From NCBI RefSeq assembly GCF_011386835.1, contig NC_088800.1, positions 15,500,001-15,564,000 on the forward strand: DNA of 64,000 bases. Reading direction: 5' to 3'. A model generated the notes under the pieces. It was given only the letters and a program-made list of their open reading frames with translations. It was not told where the DNA came from and made no database searches. The position numbers were made by a program, and so were the translations under genes. This DNA comes from Chrysemys picta bellii (Eukaryota). Below are positions 23,401 to 33,912 of this stretch, one piece after another (position 1 is the stretch's first letter; every line of letters starts with the position of its first letter).

Positions 23401-26400
23401 TACCCCAGTGCACATAAATCCTCACACGTTCCCACGGAGGCATCCGCCAGGTGTGCGGGGAAGACAGCACAAAAGGGACATTCTCCCTCGGTCCTGGCCA
23501 GAACCAGCCGTAGTGCAGACAGGCTGGAAAAGCTGCCCGTGGACCTCAGTCTTGAATGGCAGCAAACTCTGCTAACCTGACCTGGAACTCCCACCCCCTC
23601 CACACTACCCCAGGCCTGCGCGTCTCCTGAGCAGAGGCCTGACAAACCCACTGAACTGGGCAATCTTCACTGTGCTGTGACCCAGGCAAAGGCCATCCGA
23701 GCCATTTTCGTGTGAAGCCGATTTGAGGCCAGGTCTCCCCAAAGGGAAAGGCTTCTGCATTAGCACCCAGTGCCCCCCTCCCACTCGTGACACCATCCAT
23801 TGATGATTGAGGAGGCAGAGTCACCTGGCTCATGCTCCTCTTCTGGCAGGAGAAACTCCACCAGCTTCTCCAGCTGTCCCAGGGCTCCATCTACCCCAGC
23901 TGCTGCCATCTGGCTAACCCGGCTGCTCCAGGTGTATTCTGCTGTGCGTCTTGCTGTGCTCTTGCTCAGCTCATAACCCTCAGCAGTCAGCCCCAAGACC
24001 CTGTCCAAGGTGCCAGCTATGGAGTTGCCAATGGTGCTCCTGGCACTTTGAATGGGGGTGGAGATGGAGCCCTTCAGTTCAGATGCAATCTGCACGAGGC
24101 GAGATGGAGAAGAGACATGCAACATGTGACAGTCACCCAGGTCTTGCTGCGGGAAGATACAGTGACCAATGGAACCCAAAGCATGGTTGTGTGTAGATGG
24201 TTCAGAGGCAGCTCCACAGGAGAGGAGCATCCGCGTCTAGATGGTCTCACTCTGGGTTGAAGGATGCTGAAGGGAAGGGGCACGGGGAGCAGCATGCTCA
24301 GGTGTGACATGAGCAGGTGTGACATGGCCCCACTGGTCTGCATGGCTTTAGCAATGACCCTAGGCCCCCCATACACTCACCCCTAGCTGTGGATGACTCT
24401 CTGGGGGCCCAGAGGAGACCAGTGGCTCCTAGCATGTTGCCCTATTAGCCTCAGAAGAGCCCATTAACAGCCAGTTATCACCCACATGGAATTAGGAATG
24501 AAGCCAATGCCCCCACTGTCCCATGACAACAGAGCTCTCCCCCGGGAGATCTGTGGGGTGGGCAACATCCAGGAATGGATGGGTCCCATGGGGTGGGGGG
24601 GGCAGCAAGAATGGATGGGTCCCACGGTGGGTGGGGGGCAGGAATGGATGGGTCCCATAGGCTGATGGGGGAGAGGGGTTGGGTCCGTTACTTACTTTCT
24701 CCACTGGGTACTGGAGGGCAGGGATCTTCTCCTCCAGGCGATCCAAGCCCCTACAGGCCAGGATGTTGGCAGCTGTGACTGAACCAGACAAAGCCTGGAT
24801 ATTAGCATGGTGGTATGTGCTGCATGGAGGGGGGTGGATGACTCAGTAGGGGGTTCCCTTTTCTGTGTCAGTGCAAATCCTGATACCCCACCAGAAAGCT
24901 GGCAGACTCTGTGCTGCAGGGAGGGGTGCAGGTGGCACAGTAGAGGGCACCTTTGCTCTCTGAGTCAGTACTAAACGCAATGCCCTGGAGCAGCGCTGAG
25001 GCTGGGGGCGGTGGGAAGGGGGAAGTGCAATGCTTCAGAAGAAGACTTAAGTGCAGTGCCCGGGCCCCTCCTCCCCGACAGGCTGAATGAGTTCATACTG
25101 TTTGGAAAGTGCTTGGATGGTGCAGGCAGGCAATATAGTAGAGCTAGTGCTGACGGATTCTACCCTCCCTCTGCCCTGTCCCCTGGCGGCTGCATCAGCA
25201 CCCTCCCGCTCCACATCTAACCTGCTGTGTCCTGGGGAAGTGCAGGACACACATGGGTCAGAGGGGACAATCAAAGGGGTGTGTCCAAGTCCACAACAGA
25301 CTACAGCTCCTGCAGGCCTGTGTCATGTTCCCTGCTTAGCGCCGCAAGGGCGGGCATTGAGTAGCTGAGCTCTGGCTGGAGGCTGGGTGCATCTGGGGCT
25401 TTGCTGCTCCAGGGCCCTGGCTTTGGCAGGCCGCAGCCAGTCAGGGAGTTAGCATTGGGAAAGAGCTGGGAAGGGGCCAGCTGGACAGAGCACTCCGGCC
25501 TCATGCTGAGCTGCTGACTTTGCACTTTCTTTTCCTCCCCCCTCCCCACCATGGGATGGAATCGGGATGATCTGGGAGCTGCAGACAGACCTGGACTTGA
25601 CCTTCCACTGATTTCCCCACAATTCATTTCTGGAGATGCTGCAGGGGCTTTTTCTTTGGGAAGGGAGGCTGGGCTAGAGGGGTGGCCAGGCCCTACTAGC
25701 AGGTCTGCCCGGGGGAATCCACAGCTGCCAGGCCCAGACACACTGCTCTGAGGGCCAGGGTAGGTCCTAATGTTCCAGATGTGTCCTAGAGAGAGGAGGG
25801 GCTCTGACTCGGAGACCTGTGTCTATAACACAGCAACAAAGAGCTTAAACCAGCCCAGGCAAAGCTTGAAGCCGAACTGCCTACCTAAGCCTATGTGGGA
25901 AATGTTTAGCACATGTACGGGCACTGTTCATCCTTCATTAACCCAGCACAGGGAGGGCTGACAGAGTCACATGCGCAAACTGAGGCAGGATAGTTACGAA
26001 ACTTGCCCCAGGCCATGGAGTGAGTTGGTGGCAGGGCCAGGCATAGAACAAGGTGTTTTCAACTCCCAATCTTGTGCTTTGGCCACTAGAATCTCTCCAC
26101 TGCAGCCTTCTTTTCACAGGCAGGGGATTCTCTGTGGCCGCTCCCATGTGCTGACAGTCCCTGGTTCCCACATGCTCCCTGTGCCCCACTCCCCTGCAGC
26201 TGGGAAGAATCCAGACTCACACTGAGGCTCCAGTCTGCGCACCACAGGCTCCATGCTCCACGCAGCCAGCGAGCTGGCCCCCTTGACTCCTCTCTCATAG
26301 GCCTCACATACCGACGCCACGAGTGGGTGTACCTCTTTGGTGCTGGTGTACGTCCTCTGAAGGCTTTCGCAGGTTGCGTTCACCACCGGCAGCTGCAAGA

Positions 26401-28085
26401 CCCTTTGCAGCACGTTCTCCTGGGTTCAGCAAGAAGGGGACAAGTTAGGGGACCATGCACAGGAGAGAGCCCTGCAGGAAGCACTTGCTAATATGGGAGC
26501 AGGAATCTCAGTGACACCATTTATGTAGCAACGGCCACACAGGTCTCCCCCATCAACTACAACAGTCAGTGTCTCAGCTCCTGCTGCAGCTGTGAGAGGA
26601 GACCCGGGGGCTTGTCTTTTGTTTCTCTGCAGCAATCAGGGTTGTGGGTGGGGGGTAGAGACGTGTTTATTTAACCCTCTTCTCCATGCATCCACTGGGA
26701 CCTTACCCTTAGGTTCTAGCACATCCTGTCACCATAGTGGTGGGTGAGGTATAAGACCCCGAATAGAACAGAAAGGAGGTGAGTGGGACAATCTGTAAAG
26801 ACACAGGACAGCCCCGTTTAAGAGACAGCACTCTCTGCGGAAGAGCCCTGCCATGTGCAGCTCACAGACAGCATGTTGGGAGGCCGGGCACTGTGTGCCT
26901 CTGCCCATGACCTTGTTTGCATGGGCTCTGCAGTGTGGGGTAATAATGCTAACTCCCAGACAACAGTCAGTAAGACATTACAGCTGGACAGAGTTCTCTG
27001 AACTGAAAGCACTGTTAGAACATTGTGCTCATACAAAGCAAGCCCTAAAAAAAAAAAGACATTCCTAGTTAAGTGAAAACACCTTGGCTCTGCCCCTTTA
27101 TCCCTGGCCCCCATCACCCAGTGCAGTACATGAGTCTGATCAGGACATTACGAAGTGGAGCGGTTCTCCAAGTCACCTCAGTGTGGGAGGAGGAATGGGG
27201 TAGATTGGGCTAATCAACACTTGGCGAATGGTGGCTATGAGGCAAGTGCTGTTTCTGGAATGCATGTTGCAGAGTAAGAGGAGATATTGGGGTTTCTAGT
27301 GATTTCCAGGGTGGGTGGGGGTGGGGAGGCGGGGAGAGTGTCTGTGTTTGGATTGGTGCCCATATATGTCCTGAGCTGATTATAGGTCTGTTCATACAAT
27401 AAATATTGTAGTCGATAGCATTTCCAGGGCTAGCAATCACATAACTCCTACACTGAGGCCATCTCAATGGCTCTGGTTCGTTACATTTGTACTGTATTCT
27501 TAGCACGGTAGCAGGTTTGTGGTCCGTACTGAAAAAGTGGGTAAGGTCAGTCACTGGGCATAGGGATTGTTGATATATAGGCAGTTAAAGGGTCAGAGTT
27601 AAGGTTGCTTCTGGACTCTGAACTACTGAGTTTCTAGACTTTAATTTTTTGGGCTTCTTTGGTTTTTGGGGGGACGAGGAAGCTGGGGTTTTTAGTAACT
27701 ACAATTTTCTAACCATGTTGTTTAATTTAATTGCTATTTACAATATTGATCGAATCAAAGATTTTGTCAGAATTTTTTAGATTTTTTTTTAAAGAGAAAG
27801 CATTTAAAAACACAGCTCTTGCTAAAGATTATCATTGTTTTCTTCCAGCAGACACTATCTATTGCTCTAATTACAGATCTGTTGCATAGACAATGCAGAC
27901 TTGTTCAACGGAACACAATACAGCATAATATTTGAATCAAATACTCCACTGGCAGCATTAGCAACCTCCTCCTCCTCAAGCCAGTCTGATGTTGCTCATA
28001 CACAGCTGTCTTTGCCTCTCCACCTCATGCCCACACTCACCTCTGTGCTTCCATTCTGCATTTTCTGGCTCTTGTTTGCTGCCAT
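14483..28085 (-). CDS. PLIN1: Perilipin-1, 526 aa; coding exons 28085-28041, 26419-26221, 24778-24696, 24089-23825, 22709-22528, 20435-20280, 18566-18321, 14887-14483
   Basis: Translation MAANKSQKMQNGSTE|ENVLQRVLQLPVVNATCESLQRTYTSTKEVHPLVASVCEAYERGVKGASSLAAWSMEPVVRRLEPQ|FTAANILACRGLDRLEEKIPALQYPVEK|IASELK...|...WIPGL|...|...SHYVP|LPRL...RRVS...TAFKKD. PAT domain present. All junctions GT-AG and in phase; total 1581 nt. Exon sizes 45, 83, 265 and 246 nt equal those of human PLIN1 as recalled. Confidence 0.96.
19756..20089. mobile_element. hAT-type palindromic MITE inserted in a MIR-like SINE
   Basis: TIRs CAGGGGTCAGCAACC / GGTTGCCGACCCCTG; 8-bp TSD CTCTACAG / TTCTACAG (7 of 8 match). The element is self-complementary along nearly its full length. 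MIR-like sequence lies on both flanks (about 19690-19755 and 20098-20165). Confidence 0.9.
20977..21415 (-). mobile_element. AmnSINE1-like Deu-domain SINE with 5S-rRNA-derived head
   Basis: Minus strand starts with AAGCTAAGCAAGGCTGGCCTGGGTTGGCTGGGAGACC (5S internal-promoter-like), followed by Deu-like GGCCAAATTCCA...GGGTAATT...TGTCCTAAACT...AAACAGCTGC. Confidence 0.75.
22000..22155 (+). mobile_element. MIR-like CORE-SINE
   Basis: TGTGACCTTGG...TGTCTCAGTTTCTCCTCAGTGAAATGAGGATAA...TGTAAAGCACT. Confidence 0.7.
24570..24660. repeat. Short tandem repeat, 3 copies of GAATGGATGGGTCCCA plus a G-run
   Basis: Direct inspection; lies just inside the PLIN1 intron after the 83-nt exon. Confidence 0.8.
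25965..26092 (-). mobile_element. MIR-like CORE-SINE fragment
   Basis: AAACTGAGGCAG...ACTTGCCCCAGGCCA...GTGGCAGGGCCAGGCATAGAAC. Confidence 0.6.
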
Positions 28086-28793
28086 CACGATACATCAGTC
28101 TGCAAAGCAAAGTTCAGAGCCTCGTCAAGGAGCTCCCTGGAAAAACAATGCTGGAAATGGTCTCAGTGCCTGTCTCTAGTCAGCCAAGTGGCTCTGATGG
28201 AGTCTCAAGCTGTATGGTACATTATGACCTCTTGCATCCTAGACTGGCAGGGGCAGAGAGCTACGCTGAGGCAGCACATGCCTCGGGTGGGTGAGACCTG
28301 GTATTGCTTAACAGCAACCCATCTATCCAATTAAGCATCAGAACTGGTGGTTCAAAGAAGAGTCCCAAATGATCCTCCCTCAGCTAAAGAAAGCGCCTGC
28401 AACACAGGGACTCAAAGAAGAGGTTGAGAGGCATCAGCAAAGCTGGGGAACCCAAAATTGGAGTAACAGTCCTGTGAGCCAGGGCTCCTGGATTGCAGAG
28501 CAGGGGGGTGGGAATTCGGGATATGAATAGCAGGGGTGCTGAGAGTCATGATTGAAGTGCAGCAGTACAGCTGTGCAGGGTGGAGGTGGAGGGCTGGGGT
28601 GGGGACTGCAGGGGCATTAGCAGGACTGTGCAAAGAACCCAGGAGAAGAGTAGCAAGAGATGCAGCAGGTCAGGATTGAGGCACACTGGCAAAGGTGAGG
28701 ATAATGGTCAGGGCTGGATTAGATGGTGCCGTGGTGGGTCAGGATGAAGCAGCATTGGCAGGGCTCAAGAGTGAAAGAGCACAATCCACTCAC

Positions 28794-28870
28794 GCCGTGC
28801 CAGCTCTGGAGCGCGCAGGTGGCAGACACACTCCACCTACTCAGGAGCACAGCTCAGTGCTAGTTCAGAT
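28794..28870 (-). other. PLIN1: Probable non-coding exon 1 of PLIN1 (donor GGC|GTGAGT at 28793); 5' limit unknown
   Basis: Consensus donor about 700 nt upstream of the ATG exon, whose acceptor is TTGCTTTGCAG ending at 28100. Mammalian PLIN1 has a non-coding first exon. Confidence 0.5.
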
Positions 28871-30524
28871 ACAGATTCCAAGACACCTCATTGTCATGTC
28901 CAATGCATTGCAACAGCACAATGCTTGCTCCATCCACTGTGGCCAATGCATCTCAAAGCCATCTCAGGAAGGAGCCTATTTCAACCTCCAAAACCCTAAT
29001 GCCACCTCAGGGGCACCCCTTCTGACATCCCCTATTGCCACTTCCAGCACAGATTCCTTCTTTCCCAGCCGATTAAATGCAGAACCATTAAGCAGAACTG
29101 CTTCGCCAGCTGTCCCCCGCCCCTCCCTTCCCTAGCATTAGGGAGACTGTACACTAGGCATTTGCCTGCTGTTGGGTACTCACGGAGCAGCAGTCGGACG
29201 CTGTCATCAGCAGGGTGCCAGGAGCTGAGAGCGTCTGGTTGTGCTAGCCACAGAGCAGATACTCTGACAAAGATGCATCTTACCCCAGACAGTACCGCCG
29301 CAAAGCCCCACCTCCCAGCTGCACGGGTCAAGGAGTCTGCAAGTTGCTGTGGTAACATGATGAATGGCTCCCTCGGCCATATCAAATTCAAAACAGATGA
29401 TTGCATGACCAGTCTGGAAAATGCCCCCCCCCTTCTCATTGCAGATCCTAGGAACTGAGACACAGGACCTGTATCTAACCCGACCCTACCAAAACAACGT
29501 AACAAACGGGGAGAGAAAAGTCCCTCGACATTAACACCTAGAATGGAACCATGAGCAATAGGCAGCCTGGAGGCAGTCAGGAAGAATAAGAAAGCTCTCG
29601 CTGGCAGGGTGACAATGTTGGTGGATGGATGGAGTGCAGTAGGGCTCACATATTTGGGACTGAAACCGTAGCTCACAAAATCTTACTTGAAAACTTAGTT
29701 CATTGGACAAAGACACTGCTGTGTGGATTGAAAACAGGCTACAAAGGAGAAAGATAAAAGGGATGTATTGAGTTGGGAGAGAGGGTTAGTGGGGAGCACA
29801 GAGATCACGGTTATGATTGGATTTATTTAACTTCAGTTGGAAGTGGCACATCAGTACAATTCAGAGAGACTGAGTCGGAAGGAGTGGTGAATGCCAGAGG
29901 ACAGAGAAATAATGCAAAGGGTCCTAGTGAGGTGAGAAGCCCAGAGGTACTTAATGGGAGGGAGGAATCCAGGGGTCAGCAAGGGCTGAAAGATACTGGT
30001 TGTTTGCAGACATGATGCTGGGGTGTCTTGAAACAGCCAGCAGCAGATGGGCAGGGGAGGCCCCTTGCCACCATAGTAGAAAGCCCTCTATTTGCTGAGT
30101 GGCTGCTTCATGCTTCCAGCTCCCCCAGCACAGCAGATGGGGCATGACGGTGCAGGTCCTTGAATACCCAGAGTTTCACAGCCTCCCTCAAGCTGGAGAA
30201 TGAGGGAGGTGGGAATCAGACACATACACAGACCCTGCTGACCCACCCACTCACCCTGGTTTGGGGGTATGGGGAGCAAGTTCCTAGCAAAGATATTCCC
30301 AGGCAGACAGGGCTATGGGGGAAAATCAGAGGCCGAGCCTTCGGGAAGACATATTCCCCATGCTAAAGGTGATAGAGCACACAGGGAGCAACCTGCCCCC
30401 ACACGCACACCTCAAGCTGCATGAGGCTGGCACTTCTACATTCCTGGCTGAGCTCTGCACCCCATGGAGGTGAAAAGGGAAAGGCAGCATAACCCTGTGT
30501 AAACTTTCCAGGCCATCCCCGTGA

Positions 30525-30598
30525 TGAGTCATGGCTCTCCAGACAGCAGGGCAAAGGGCAGCAGCTGCTCCAGAGCTGCAGCTCATGTATTTGGCAAT
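30525..30598. promoter_or_regulatory. Candidate PPAR enhancer: AP-1 TGAGTCA (30525-30531), DR1 AGGGCA-A-AGGGCA (30548-30560), C/EBP-like TTTGGCAAT (30590-30598)
   Basis: Three adipogenic motif matches within 75 bp, about 1.75 kb upstream of the PLIN1 exon-1 donor and downstream of PEX11A. Confidence 0.5.
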
Positions 30599-31139
30599 GG
30601 GCTTCCTGCTGGATCTTGCTAGTCTTAAGTAAAAGAACAACTGACCTGAACAGGAGGGGGAAGCATGTGGCTGAGCCGCCCTCCCTGTTGGCCTTAGCGG
30701 GAATTGAGACACAACACAACCTCTGCCCTGCTAAATGTCTTCATTTCATATCCCTCTCCACCCTACTGCAGGGAAAAGGCCACCCCAGCACTGTCCTGGC
30801 CCTCTGTCCATCCCAGCCCCGCTGCAGCACAAAGCCCTCATCAAAACATCCCCATCCACATATCTGTTCTCAGACCACTGCCCCTCTCCAGCTAGCCAGG
30901 CATGCTCTGTCCATGGCCCAGGAAACATCTCTACTCCTGCTGACTACAGCTAAAGCTCACATAGCCAACTAGGATCAGAGAGTGGGAGCCTTTAGAAGCT
31001 TAGCATCTCTAAGTCTGAGATTACAGGGGAAAGGGGTTGAGCCAGATCTCAGGAGACACAGGGATCATGGATATTGTAAAATTTCTCAAGGAGCACGTGG
31101 CTGCTGGTGATGCAGTCGTGGAAGAAACTTTCTTTCTAA

Positions 31140-31355
31140 ATCAGCACTGAACTCAATGCCTTGGACGTTGTTCAAGGGCACCATGCTGCTGGAGGTGCCA
31201 TTTTCAAGCTGTTTGTCACTCTTGTGTTAGCACCAAGGGCCCACTTAAGGCCCAGTTTTAATTATTACACTGTGCCCCATCTCCCATTTCAATTGGCAAA
31301 GTTATTCTTCATTCCCAGTCCTAAATGGTTATGCGTTATTAAACAGCTGCTGCAG
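31140..31355 (+). mobile_element. Deu-domain (AmnSINE-like) SINE fragment
   Basis: GCTGGAGGTGCCATTTT...TTTCAATTGG...TTATTCTTCATTCCCAGTCCTAAAT...TTAAACAGCTGC. Confidence 0.6.
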
Positions 31356-32959
31356 TTCATCCTAGAACTCTGGGACCCGTCTGGGAGAAGGGTAGCGTAT
31401 ACACAGAAGATACTAAGCACCCGTTGATGACAGTAGTGGTGCCTGTGTTGGACAGAAGGCCTCCGGCCCTCAGGACCTGCTCAGTGGCGGTAGGTCAGAT
31501 CTATTTCCATTTCACATAGACCCTCTCACAGAATTTGCCTTGGTGCATTTCGATACCCAAGATGTCAAGCACCTGGAGGCATATTTGCTCCCCCACCTCC
31601 TTTCTAAATGAAATCTTGCTCATTTCAACCGTGAGGAGGGTGGCTGGGCTTCCCCCTTCCCAGTGCTCCTAAGAGGAAATGTCTGTAATCCAGCTGCACA
31701 CATAGGCAGAGCATCTCTACTGATTCCACCTTCAGCCACCTCCTCTGCACATAACCCTGAAACAGACGCAGATTCAAACTCAGCTTCAGTTTATTAGTTG
31801 TGTTTCCCTAGACGATGTACAACAGCAGCAGCCCTTATTCCAGGAGCCTGAGGAGGTTGACCTAAAGAATTCTCTCCTTTTGGTTGATTCTCCAGCTTTA
31901 GTTAGATTAAGCTAAATTAAATAAATTAAACCCATAGCTTCCAGCTCCCAGGGGGAATCGCAAGTATTAGCTTCTAAAATCCAGTGACCTGCCTAAGCAA
32001 AGGACTAAGACAGGCCTGTTGGGATCCCATAGCAGTGAGCCTGGAAGCCTAAGCATCCTTGTCAGTCCCAGGTGGTGGTGTTACAGGTCAGCCCCTGGTG
32101 GGGGAAGGCTTTGAAGAGGCCAGCCAGCCTGAAAACCTTTCCTCACTTATCCCCCTTCTCCGCACAGGAGAGTTTTTTCACTCTTAGGCTGTCTCTCCTG
32201 GAGTCAGTGTGACTAGGCTGGCCCTTCCACGGTCCCTCTGTACCAGAAAACTACTGGGAAAGTTTGTAAACTCACCACCCTGCCCTCCCAGCTGTGGGGC
32301 GGGGTGAAGTCTCTGCATTGGTGGTGAGCGGAGATCACAGATCAGGCTCAGATCCAGAGAAGGGACCGTTTTGGCTCTTGCATCACAAGTAGATTCATTA
32401 GCATCTGTGGCTCAGCTCCTGTAGAAAGGTGGCATGTCTGTAAAGTCAGTCCCCCTCACCCAAAAGGATGTCAAACAACACAAATCATACACATTAGAAA
32501 AGTAGACAGTATTTTCTCCCATAACCTGTGTAATAATTCAAAGCAACATTCTACCTAGATGGCTGGGAGAACGAAAGGGACATTAGAGTGGTAGAACCCA
32601 CCCAAACAGAGAGGTGACATATGAGAAAACCACATGTCCTTATCCAAGCAGGTGGCCATGATGGGGAGGACTCTAGAGAGGGTCAGATAAAAGGATTCTC
32701 TTCTTGCAGGCGCTTATCAAAGGAATTTGGCATCAGCAAGCTCATCCCAGTCCAAGAGTGTAAGTTCCCTTTTCTGACAACACCCATTCCAGCTCACTCA
32801 CCAGGAGCCTTGGGGCAGGTTTCTCTCAATAGCAGGAGGATTTAAAACTGATAGTTGAAAACTTTCAGCAAAACTAAAGCAATATCAGTGCAAAAGCTGC
32901 TTCAGAGAGTCCAGAAATTATCACCCTCCTGGGATTGCCAGGGTTTGGTGTGTGTAGTT

Positions 32960-33380
32960 GGCAGAAGACTAGTGCTGGTGAATGGTGCCAGATCAGCAAT
33001 CGTGGAGACTGAAATCCTTTGCTTATCCCCAGCGTGAGCAGCACTGCAGTAAGCTACCCCCATACACTGGAAAAAGACAGTGTACCTAACCATGACCTGG
33101 AAGGACCCTTCTAGAGAGGAATTCAGATTCCATGGCCCAAGCAATCCTTGGCCTTGTATTGTCAACGAGGAGGGCAGATGGGGGGGTGGTTTCTGGGATA
33201 TAGACATCTATTCACTAGGAACTGGATCTAGTCCCACCAATACATAGTCAATGGTGGCCACTATAGCACCAAACAGTAGCACTCTTCAGTTACTACCAGC
33301 CTGGGCTGGATTTGAACCACTGCCTAGAGATGAAAAGCTCCGTATAACCAATTACCAGTCCCCTGGCATCATACATCCCC
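32960..33380 (-). mobile_element. LF-SINE-like element
   Basis: Minus-strand tRNA-like head GGGGATGTATGATGCCAGGGGGACTGGTAATTGG...GGAGCTTTTCATCTCTAGGCAGTGGTTCAAATCCAGCCCAGG, followed by CCAGTTCCTAGTG and GGCCAAGGATTGCTTGGGCC, resembling the LF-SINE consensus as recalled. Confidence 0.7.
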
Positions 33381-33912
33381 TCACAGAACTCACGATCCAG
33401 GCCATTTGAACTACAGTTCCCAAAGCCTTCCTGGTACCAACATGCTTGAATGTATTCAAGAAAGACAAATGATTGTATGAACCCTCATTGGTGAATTCTG
33501 CCTTTCCAGTGTCTGCACCACTACTTATGGCTTTTTATACAATTTTAGTTGTCTATGCAGCTATTCCACATGTCTATATTCAAATACAGGAGACAGCAAC
33601 ATGTCCTTAACTAGCAGCAATTTGTAAAGTCTTGATTTCCATGTTTCACAATATTCTTCAGGGATGTTTTGCTCAGTCCTTGCTCAGCCTCTTCACCGTT
33701 CTTCTCCATCATGTAGTATGTCACAGCACACAGCAGCCCCTCACCTGAGAGGATATCAGGAAGGAGGAGGAGGAAGTAAAGCTGACTCCTCCAGAGAACA
33801 AACCACATATGAAGAGTGATTGTCAAATGTGTTCATTTTTAAAATACCATCCTGGGAATGGAAACTGTCAGGGAAGCAAACCTGCCAGTTCACCGTATGT
33901 GATGCTCTCAGA

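Noticed and set aside
29032-29676. 214-aa minus-strand ORF upstream of PLIN1 (also the long ORFs at 49512-50060, 50372-50983 and 12688-13251)
   Set aside because: No recognisable domains and random-looking composition; they lie antisense or within introns and UTRs of established genes.
33300-33380. tRNA-like sequence (GGTTCAAATCC B-box on the minus strand)
   Set aside because: No complete cloverleaf, and it continues into an LF-SINE-like body.
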